This document shows positions 7,060-14,005 of a stretch of 14,005 bases of DNA, one piece after another; position 1 is the stretch's first letter, and every line of letters starts with the position of its first letter. The notes under the pieces were generated by a model. It made no database searches. It saw only the letters and a program-made list of their open reading frames with translations, and was not told where the DNA came from. Source of the DNA: Pedosphaera sp. (GTDB lineage: Bacteria > Verrucomicrobiota > Verrucomicrobiia > Limisphaerales > SIBH01); NCBI GenBank assembly GCA_031414955.1, contig JANOQV010000307.1, positions 1 to 14,005 on the forward strand. The letters are read 5' to 3'. The position numbers and the translations under genes were made by a program.

Positions 7060-7201
7060 GCGCGGGTTGGGTCGTGTTCGGGTTCCATCGAGGCCCAAAA
7101 TATTGAGGGGACAAAAACTGCAGCCGCCGGCCTTCCTATCCAAACCCCGTTTCTGAAACAAAACTTTTCGCCCCATCCCCATTCGTGTTTAGTCGCGGCG
7201 C

Positions 7202-8128
7202 ATGAGCAAGACGGCATTGTTGTTTGCGGGGCAGGGCGCGCAGGTGGTGGGCATGGGCCGGGATTTGGCGGAGCAGTTTCCCGCCGCGCGCGCGTGGTTC
7301 GACCGTGCCAATGCCGCGCTGGGTTATGACCTCGCGTCGATTTGCTTCACCGGGCCGGAGGCGGAACTCATCAAGACGGAGAATGCGCAGCCGGGAATTT
7401 TTCTTGTCAGTTGGGTCGCATTTGAATTGCTCAAGGAGCGCGTGCCGGTGCTGAGGTTTGAGGCCACGGCGGGGTTGTCGCTGGGCGAGTTCACGGCGCT
7501 GGCGGCGGCGGGCGTGCTGACTTTCGATGACGCCATTCGCGTGGTGCGGCAGCGCGGGCGTTTCATGCAGGAAGCCTGCGAGGCGACGCAGGGCGGCATG
7601 GCGGCCATCATCGGCCTGGACGAGGCGGCGACGCGCGAAGTGTGCGCGCAGGCGGGAGTGGAACTGGCCAATCTGAATTGCCCCGGGCAGATCGTGATTT
7701 CCGGCGCGGCGGACAAAATGAATGCGGCGTGTGAACTGGCCAAAGCCAAGGGAGCGAAGCGCGCGCTGCCCTTGAACGTGGCGGGCGCGTATCACTCGGC
7801 GCTCATGGCCGGCGCGCAGCCGAAGCTCCGCGAGGCGCTGGGCGCGGTGCCGATTGCCATCCCGATGGTGCCAGTGGTTTCCAACGTGACCGCGCAGCCG
7901 CACGCCTCGCCGCCGGACATTCATCAGCGGCTCGTGGATCAGGTCACGTCATCGGTGCGTTGGGAGGAGTCGATGCGGTATCTGCTGGCGCAGGGTTTCA
8001 CGCGTTTCATCGAACTGGGGCCGGGCACGGCGCTGACGGGTTTCATGAAGCGCATCGACAAGACGGCGCAAGTCATCAACGTGGCGGACGCGGCGAGCCT
8101 CGAAGCGACGGTCAAGGCGCTGGGGTAG
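7202..8128 (+). CDS. fabD: Malonyl-CoA:ACP transacylase
   Basis: Motifs LLFAGQGAQ, catalytic GLSLGEF, R.RG.FMQ, ANLNCPGQIVISG, VAGAYHS and FIELGPG. Confidence 0.97.
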   Translation: MSKTALLFAGQGAQVVGMGRDLAEQFPAARAWFDRANAALGYDLASICFTGPEAELIKTENAQPGIFLVSWVAFELLKERVPVLRFEATAGLSLGEFTALAAAGVLTFDDAIRVVRQRGRFMQEACEATQGGMAAIIGLDEAATREVCAQAGVELANLNCPGQIVISGAADKMNAACELAKAKGAKRALPLNVAGAYHSALMAGAQPKLREALGAVPIAIPMVPVVSNVTAQPHASPPDIHQRLVDQVTSSVRWEESMRYLLAQGFTRFIELGPGTALTGFMKRIDKTAQVINVADAASLEATVKALG

Positions 8129-8157
8129 AGAGCGAGAGGGTCTGTGGCCCAAGCCCC

Positions 8158-8242
8158 GGGGCGCGGGTTTTCAACCCGCAGCAAGCCGCCTCGTCAGACC
8201 GTCACCGAGTGGCTGGTGCTACGGATTGCAAATCCATGCTCC
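8158..8242. repeat. Degenerate REPIN-like element, family B (second copy)
   Basis: GCGCGGGTTTTCAACCCGCAGCA ... TGCTACGGATTGCAAATCCATGCTCC form imperfect inverted arms; homologous to 3219-3326. Confidence 0.7.
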
Positions 8243-8435
8243 GTCCGATGGAGCCGGAGATTCCAAGGCGGGCCAAGCTTGGGTGAAGTTTGATGCGGCA
8301 GGCTGATGGTGATTTCGCGGCGGGTGCATTCTGGCGGGCTGGCTTCACGGCCCGCTACTTTCCGAGCGCACCCTCCGTGGCAGGGTGCGCTTGCCATGAG
8401 CGTGACTTTCTTGCTTCTCTAGCCGCTCGTTATTT

Positions 8436-9674
8436 ATGCAACGATTGCCTGGCTTCCGTGACTTTTATCCCGAGCCGCTCCCCGCGCCCGACGTGTGGAG
8501 CGCTGATGCGCGCCAATACATCTTCGACCAATGGCGCGCGACCGCGCGGCGCTATGGCTTTCGCGAGTACGACGGGCCGCCGCTCGAACCGCTGGAGCTG
8601 TTCACGCTCAAGAGCGGCGAGGAAATCGTCGGCCAGCTCTACAACTTCACCGACAAGGGCGAGCGCGCCGTGGCCTTGCGTCCCGAGATGACGCCCACGC
8701 TGGCCCGCATGGCCTCGGCGGCGGAGCGCAATTACAAGAAGCCCTTCAAGTGGTTCGCCCTGCCGCAACTATTCCGCTACGAGAAACAGCAGAAGGGGCG
8801 GCTGCGCGAACACTTCCAATTCAACGCCGACATCATTGGCGAGCCGGATGTGGCGGCGGACGCCGAACTGCTCGCGCTGCTCATCGACACGCTGCGATCG
8901 TTTGGGCTGACGCAGGAGGACTTCGTCATCCGCCTCAGCAGCCGCAATGCGTGGGCGGAGTTCTTCGCGAAGCGCTGCGCCGACGAGACGAAGGCGTATG
9001 CCTTCTATCAGGCCGTGGACAAGCTGGAGCGCGAGCCGGCGGAGGTGAACGAGAAGAAATTCGCCGAATTGGGCTTCTCCTTCGCTGAAGTCACGGCGTT
9101 CATTCGCTCAGGCGAGGCCACGCCGGAACTGCAATCCATCCTCGACAACCTCGGCGCGCGCGGCCTGGGCGCGTTTGTGAAGATCGACTACGGCGTCATT
9201 CGCGGGCTGGCTTATTACACGGGCGTGGTCTTCGAGGCCTTCGATGCGAAGGGCGAGTTCCGCGCCATCGCCGGCGGCGGGCGCTACAACAATCTCCTCA
9301 AACTGATCAGCGGCGGCAAAGTCGATCTGCCTGCGCTCGGCTTCGGACTGGGCGACGTGGTGCTGCTGGAACTGCTCAAGGCGCGCAAGCTGTTGCCCGA
9401 GTTCTCGGCCAACGTGGATGTGTTCGTGCTCATCGAGGATGAAGCGCTGCGCGCCGATTCGCTACGGGTGATTCAACAACTCCGCTCCGCCGGGAAGGTC
9501 ACCGAGTATTCGCTCACGCCGGCCAAGGGCGACAAGCAGTTCAAGCGCGCCATGGAGTTGAAGGCCAAACAGACGGTGCGGTTGGAGCGTGGCGCGGATG
9601 GAACGCTCGTGGTCAGGATGAAGAACCTCGCCACCCGCGAGGAGATGATCTGCGCGCCGGACGCACTCGCGTAA
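8436..9674 (+). CDS. hisS: Histidine--tRNA ligase
   Basis: Motifs LPGFRDF, LRPEMT, FRYEKQQKGRLREHFQ, RGLAYYTG and GGGRY, plus a C-terminal anticodon-binding region (KQFKRA). Confidence 0.95.
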   Translation: MQRLPGFRDFYPEPLPAPDVWSADARQYIFDQWRATARRYGFREYDGPPLEPLELFTLKSGEEIVGQLYNFTDKGERAVALRPEMTPTLARMASAAERNYKKPFKWFALPQLFRYEKQQKGRLREHFQFNADIIGEPDVAADAELLALLIDTLRSFGLTQEDFVIRLSSRNAWAEFFAKRCADETKAYAFYQAVDKLEREPAEVNEKKFAELGFSFAEVTAFIRSGEATPELQSILDNLGARGLGAFVKIDYGVIRGLAYYTGVVFEAFDAKGEFRAIAGGGRYNNLLKLISGGKVDLPALGFGLGDVVLLELLKARKLLPEFSANVDVFVLIEDEALRADSLRVIQQLRSAGKVTEYSLTPAKGDKQFKRAMELKAKQTVRLERGADGTLVVRMKNLATREEMICAPDALA

Positions 9675-9681
9675 CTTGAAA

Positions 9682-9737
9682 AGGTGGAACGCCTCGCGCT
9701 GCGAGGCGTTGCGGTCGCAGCGCGACCGGAACCACCT
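9682..9737. repeat. Inverted pair of REP-like hairpins (family D) between convergent genes; possible bidirectional terminator or stabiliser
   Basis: AGGTGG (9682-9687) pairs with CCACCT (9732-9737), enclosing a perfect 10-bp hairpin (9688-9710) and a 7-bp hairpin (9712-9728). Confidence 0.7.
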
Positions 9738-12517
9738 CACTTCTTCAGCCGGAAGTATCTCGTCCCCGTCATCGGCGAGCCGGACGGGCTGTTGGTGGGC
9801 GTGGCCGCGCGCCACGGGCCGGTCACGATGTCCGCCTCCTCCAGACCAAACGTGGCGTCGCTCCAATACAGCACGGCATCGCCGCCCAGTTGGGTCAGCC
9901 GCACCGTGGGCAGCGACCCACCGCCCGCCGGCACGCCGCTGACTTCGCATTCCCAGCCGATGTCGCTCGAGTTGAACGTGGACTGATGAACCTCGACCGC
10001 AATGACGTTCGTGCCAGCCACCAGGTTCGTGGCGGAATACAGATTGGTGTAGTACGTCATCGCTGCCGGGATGCCGCTGACCGTGGTGCTAGCGAAGGTG
10101 TTGGCCGTGACCGCGCCCCCCGGCATGTTGCTCCGGAAGGCCTCCTTGTCGTTCAGATAGACGATGCAGCCGTCGTCCCGTTGAAAGCGGAATTGCAGCG
10201 AACTGAAGGCGGCGGGATTCGCGACCACGATGGACCGACGGAAATAATAGTTCGTAGCCTGCACGGCCGTGTTGACGCCGTTGGTCTGGATGAAGCGGCG
10301 CAACGTCGCGCCCAGCGGCGCCTGATCCGCGCCGAAGCCAAGCCGGGCCACGCCGTTGCTCCAGGCGCTGTCGTTAAAGTTCGTCCCGCGCCAGGCCGTG
10401 CCTTGCTCCGAGCCGTCGTCCCAATATTTCCACGCCGCGAGGAAAGGCGAAAGCACCACGGCCGCGTTGCTGCCCGCCGGGAGATTTTGGAAGTAAAGCG
10501 CGGGCGCGGCGGTCACATCAGCGTTGACCGGGTTCGACAAGGCCACGCGCAGCACGCCGTTCACGTTGGTCGGCGCGGGAATGTAATTGCGCGTCAACCC
10601 TGCCGGGAACACCAGCGTGCCCGTCGTGTGTGTCCCGTCATTTCCGTCGATGGCGTAATCCACCGTCACCTGGTTCGTGCAGAAGCGGCTCAGGCCGACC
10701 GGAATGCCGTCGGGAAAACCATTCAGCGCGGTGCCGCGGTTGCCGAAGCCCACGCCCGCGCGCCCTACCCCGCCGAGATTCGCCAGCCGCCAGCCGTCCG
10801 CCGCCGGATTCCAAAGCGTGTTGTTCGGATAGTTCGTGTCGAGCGCGCTGACGAGGTTGTTGCTCGCAAAAAAGTAGCGGTAGTTGTTCGTCCAGCCTCC
10901 GCTGCTGCTGCTGTCCCAATTGAAGCCAAACAAATCACGGTGATTGTAAATCGAGATGTTGTTCGTCGCCGTCATCGGGCCGGTGTATTCGCTGAAGCTC
11001 GCGTAGTTGTCACCCTGCCGGACGCCGGATTTGTTCATACTGAAGAAGCAATTCTCCACCCGGCCCGTCGGCGAGTCATAGCCGCCCTCTATCCCCTGGC
11101 CGCAGTCGAAATACACCGTGCCGCGCGAATAGACGTTCTTGAAACCGGAGAGCGAATTGCCCTCGTGAAACGTGCTCTCGAACCAGCACGACTGGTAGGT
11201 CAGCGGGCCGTAGCCACTGCCGCCGCTGTCGATGCCGTCATCCTTGGTCCAGCCGATGAGCGTGTTGGTGAAGGAGTGGCTGCCGTTCACGAAATACAGG
11301 CCATCATTGTCGCCATCGACGAAGTTCACCGAATCGTCCGGGCACTCGATGAAGGCGCTGTCGTTCACGGTGAAGGACGCGCCGGTGTACTCGCCGCCGG
11401 TCGTGGCGCGCTGCATGAGAAAGCGCGTGAAAGTGAAGGTGCCACCGCTGTAGGCGTGACCCAACTGGCCGGCCAGATAGATGGCCGCCGAATCCGAGAG
11501 CAGGATGCTGGGCGAATTGTCCACGAGGAAGAGGCACTGCTCAGAACGATGGCCCGGCGCTCCAGATTGTGCGGCGCCGCTGGCCACAAAGATCGCGCCG
11601 GTGGCATTGAGCGAACTGCTGCTGTTGCGCATGTAGAAGCCACCCCAAGGCTGGCTGCGGGAATTCGGCATGAAGACGACCGGTTGCTCAACGCTCCCGT
11701 TGATGACGACCGCGCCGTCGTTGGTGATGTTCACGCCGGAGTTGAGCAGCACGATGGTGCCGGCCCCGACGGTCAGCGAACTGCCGGCGGGGATCGCGAG
11801 GTTGCCAGTCACACGGATGCGCGACTGATCCGCCCAGGTTGTCACGCCGCTGAGCGTGCCCGCGACGCTGGTCCAGACCGTGCCCGCTTCGAGATTGACC
11901 GGCTTGTTCGACGAGATGCCGCCAACGGACGGCGTGTAGTTCAAAACACCGGGCGGTTGGTTCGAGGCCAGGAAGCCCGAGCCGGTGCCTCGTTTGAGTT
12001 GAATCGAATTCTGGCCGGCGGCGGCGAGCACTCCGTTGGCGCGCACGGCATGGTTGCCGTCATCCACCACCCAGGCCACGACCGGGATTTCATAGCCGGT
12101 GGGAAAGTTCGTCGGTACCAACACCCGCAGGCGCGCACCGACAAACTCGGCCGGCGACGATTGGATGACCGGGAACGGAATGTGCGGCGGCAGCCCCATC
12201 TCCGTGCCTGCGCGCGCGCTCGCGTTGATGATGAAGCGCAGATACTGGCTCGTGACCGCGCTCGAACTCGTGTTGGTCGCATCGACCCGCAGTTCGTAAA
12301 AGTCCGGCTTGTTCAACACCACCGCCGCGCCCACCGCGATGGACTTGTAATTCAGCATGGCTGAATACGTGTAGCCCGCCTGCGTGTTGACGGTGAGCGT
12401 GGCGGTGTCGTTGTAGGCGGTCTTGTCGGTCACACCGCCGATGGTGAACTGGGCCAGGGCCGCGATGGGGAGCAGTGCGAAAGCACTGCACAAGCAAAAC
12501 AATTTGGCGAATCTCAT
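9737..12517 (-). CDS. Large secreted protein (926 aa): right-handed beta-helix-like region, carbohydrate-binding-like jelly-roll and C-terminal 'GPW...YFRL' domain
   Basis: The ATG at 12517 gives signal peptide MRFAKLFCLCSAFALLPIAALA. Beta-helix-type repeats (LTVGAGTIV, GSVEQPVVF, DDGID, DCGQGIE). WKY.D.G...W...F.DS.W..G...LG...YFRR...RDDG..VYLN...N..AVEVHQ module near the C-terminus. Confidence 0.85.
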   Translation of the reverse strand: MRFAKLFCLCSAFALLPIAALAQFTIGGVTDKTAYNDTATLTVNTQAGYTYSAMLNYKSIAVGAAVVLNKPDFYELRVDATNTSSSAVTSQYLRFIINASARAGTEMGLPPHIPFPVIQSSPAEFVGARLRVLVPTNFPTGYEIPVVAWVVDDGNHAVRANGVLAAAGQNSIQLKRGTGSGFLASNQPPGVLNYTPSVGGISSNKPVNLEAGTVWTSVAGTLSGVTTWADQSRIRVTGNLAIPAGSSLTVGAGTIVLLNSGVNITNDGAVVINGSVEQPVVFMPNSRSQPWGGFYMRNSSSSLNATGAIFVASGAAQSGAPGHRSEQCLFLVDNSPSILLSDSAAIYLAGQLGHAYSGGTFTFTRFLMQRATTGGEYTGASFTVNDSAFIECPDDSVNFVDGDNDGLYFVNGSHSFTNTLIGWTKDDGIDSGGSGYGPLTYQSCWFESTFHEGNSLSGFKNVYSRGTVYFDCGQGIEGGYDSPTGRVENCFFSMNKSGVRQGDNYASFSEYTGPMTATNNISIYNHRDLFGFNWDSSSSGGWTNNYRYFFASNNLVSALDTNYPNNTLWNPAADGWRLANLGGVGRAGVGFGNRGTALNGFPDGIPVGLSRFCTNQVTVDYAIDGNDGTHTTGTLVFPAGLTRNYIPAPTNVNGVLRVALSNPVNADVTAAPALYFQNLPAGSNAAVVLSPFLAAWKYWDDGSEQGTAWRGTNFNDSAWSNGVARLGFGADQAPLGATLRRFIQTNGVNTAVQATNYYFRRSIVVANPAAFSSLQFRFQRDDGCIVYLNDKEAFRSNMPGGAVTANTFASTTVSGIPAAMTYYTNLYSATNLVAGTNVIAVEVHQSTFNSSDIGWECEVSGVPAGGGSLPTVRLTQLGGDAVLYWSDATFGLEEADIVTGPWRAATPTNSPSGSPMTGTRYFRLKK

Positions 12518-12620
12518 AAGTTGCGAATCACAGCACTTGTAACAGCCTCCGCCAGACAGCGCGATGAGTTTTTCCGGGAGCGGACGAGTCCGTTGGGGTA
12601 ATTGCGATCCAGCACTGTGA

Positions 12621-12730
12621 CTGGTCGCGAGACCAGGACGCTGGAAAGCGTCAACCTCTGCTGACAAGGTGTCGACACTCCTCGTAGCGCCGGCTTTCCA
12701 GCCGGCAGGTTGCGAGACTTTCCAGTCTCG
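12621..12730. repeat. Cluster of short tetraloop hairpins / back-to-back REP-like halves (family E, GTAG-type)
   Basis: CTGGTC-GCGA-GACCAG (12621-12636), GACGCT-GGAA-AGCGTC (12637-12652), palindrome GTGTCGACAC (12669-12678), GTAG (12684) then GCCGGCT-TTCC-AGCCGGC and CGAGACT-TTCC-AGTCTCG. Confidence 0.65.
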
Positions 12731-12845
12731 TGTGAGTGGCCTTGCCCGAGTTGCGCTCGTTCAGCGTCACCGCAGGTTTCCGGGATTTGTTTTTGCACTG
12801 CGCGCGGCGGAACCGCTACGTTCCGCGACTCAATTTACCCATTGT

Positions 12846-13835
12846 ATGTCACAACCTACTGACGCGTTGAAAAAGCAGGTCGCCGAGGCGGCCAAACATC
12901 TCGGCGGCGTCCGCGCCGAAGTGCAGAAGATCGTCGTCGGCCAGCACGCGCTCATCGACCGCCTGCTCATCTGCCTCGTGGCCCGCGGACATGTGCTGCT
13001 CGAAGGTCTGCCGGGACTGGCCAAGACGTTGACCATCAATTCACTGGCCCGCAGCTCTCACTGCTCGTTCGCGCGCATCCAGTTCACGCCCGACCTGCTG
13101 CCGGCGGACATCACAGGCACGCTGATTTACGATCCGGTAAAAAGCGTTTACTCCACACGCCAGGGACCGATCTTCGCCAACCTCGTGCTCGCGGATGAAA
13201 TCAACCGCGCGCCGAGCAAGGTGCAGAGCGCGCTCCTGGAAGCGATGCAGGAACATCAAGTCACCATCGGAGACCAAACCTTCAAGCTGCCCGAGCCGTT
13301 CCTCGTGCTGGCCACGCAGAATCCCATCGAGCAAGAGGGCACCTATCCGTTGCCCGAAGCGCAGATGGATCGCTTCATGTTGAAGGTCGTGGTCGGTTAT
13401 CCGAGCGAGGCCGAGGAGCGCGTCATCCTCGACCGCATGGCTTCGACCAAGCCGAATTTCCCGCTCACCTCCGTGGTCTCGCCCGACGAGATTTTGCAAA
13501 TGCAGGACTTGGTGAACCAGGTTTACGTGGACCAACAGATCAAGGACTACGTCATCAAGCTCGTCCTCTCGACGCGGCAGGGCGACAGATTGTTGCCGGA
13601 CTTCAAGCGCCTTGTGCGTTGCGGCGCCAGCCCGCGCGCGACCATCAATCTCACCCTCGCCGCCCGCGCCCATGCGCTGCTGCAAGGCCAGGCCTTCGTC
13701 ACGCCCGACGACGTGAAGGCCATCGCCTACGACGTGCTGCGCCATCGCATCCTGCTCACTTACGAGGCGGAGGCCGAGGAAGTGACCACGGATTCGCTGG
13801 TGAAAACGCTGCTAGCGAAGGTGCCGGTGCCGTGA
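12846..13835 (+). CDS. moxR: MoxR family AAA+ ATPase
   Basis: Walker A LEGLPGLAKT, IQFTPDLLPADITG, Walker B LADEINRAP, NPIEQEGTYPLPEAQMDRF and GASPRA; ATG 12846 preferred over the ORF-track start at 12669, which runs through repeats. Confidence 0.95.
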   Translation: MSQPTDALKKQVAEAAKHLGGVRAEVQKIVVGQHALIDRLLICLVARGHVLLEGLPGLAKTLTINSLARSSHCSFARIQFTPDLLPADITGTLIYDPVKSVYSTRQGPIFANLVLADEINRAPSKVQSALLEAMQEHQVTIGDQTFKLPEPFLVLATQNPIEQEGTYPLPEAQMDRFMLKVVVGYPSEAEERVILDRMASTKPNFPLTSVVSPDEILQMQDLVNQVYVDQQIKDYVIKLVLSTRQGDRLLPDFKRLVRCGASPRATINLTLAARAHALLQGQAFVTPDDVKAIAYDVLRHRILLTYEAEAEEVTTDSLVKTLLAKVPVP

Positions 13836-13850
13836 GGGGCGCTGGGAACG

Positions 13851-13906
13851 AAATTCCAAAATCCAAATCTCAAACTCCAAATAAGCTCCAAGTCACAAAT
13901 TCCCAA
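13851..13906. repeat. Heptamer-based repeat arm, family C (left arm only)
   Basis: AAATTCC AAAATCC AAATCTC AAACTCC AAAT AAGCTCC AAGTCAC AAATTCC parallels the 4210-4258 arm (AAGCTCCAGAGAA-like core). Confidence 0.65.
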
Positions 13907-14005
13907 AGCGGCGCTGAAGCGACCGCACTCCAAACGCTCCGCGCATGACGAGGCGTCCAGTGCTTCGCGACAGCGTTTGGAGTGCGGTCGCTTTAGCGCC
14001 GCTTT
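13905..14005. repeat. REPIN-like inverted repeat, family A (complete copy)
   Basis: 34-nt arms 13905-13938 and 13972-14005 are reverse complements with one mismatch, around a 33-nt spacer. Confidence 0.9.

Noticed and set aside
7060..7201. Integron integrase or its remnant next to the cassette array
   Set aside because: Only ~140 nt remain before fabD, and the short ORFs there show no tyrosine recombinase motifs.
8129..8435. T-box or His attenuator leader for hisS
   Set aside because: No T-box consensus, no His-codon-rich leader peptide and no U-tailed terminator; much of the region is explained by repeats.
9890..12364. 824-aa plus-strand ORF
   Set aside because: Antisense shadow of the secreted-protein gene; Arg/Ala/Val-rich with no motifs, typical of high-GC codon bias.
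12518..12845. N-terminal extensions of the 976-aa and 388-aa ORF-track calls
   Set aside because: The extensions run through hairpin repeats. ATG 12517 gives a clean signal peptide and ATG 12846 gives a normal-length MoxR.
1..14005. Whole window as a mobile element or circular replicon bounded by 85-nt direct repeats
   Set aside because: The termini differ in their spacers, so this is not a circular overlap. The cargo is housekeeping (deoC, fabD, hisS) and there is no integrase, transposase or Rep. Dispersed REP copies explain the pattern.

Overview
GC-rich bacterial chromosomal segment. It is probably Verrucomicrobiota (Pedosphaerales/Limisphaerales-like), an inference from the repeat styles and a secreted protein ending in '...TGPW...RYFRLKK'. 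The backbone is housekeeping and transport genes: a small membrane protein, a TSUP/TauE exporter, an SSS symporter, a small secreted protein, an orphan UreF-like protein, deoC, fabD, hisS, a 926-aa secreted beta-helix protein and a MoxR AAA+ ATPase. The most notable region is a ~1.9-kb, visibly more AT-rich insert between deoC and fabD (~5080-7060). It holds three co-oriented minus-strand hypothetical genes separated by one near-complete but degenerate attC-like site and two attC remnants. This looks like a decaying integron cassette array with no integrase in the window. One cassette gene has an R-x4-H (HEPN-like) motif, and two cassettes appear fused by loss of most of an attC. Most of the longer intergenic spacers also carry palindromic REP/REPIN-like elements from at least five families, and the window starts and ends inside copies of one family. 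All calls were made by eye; no searches were run.
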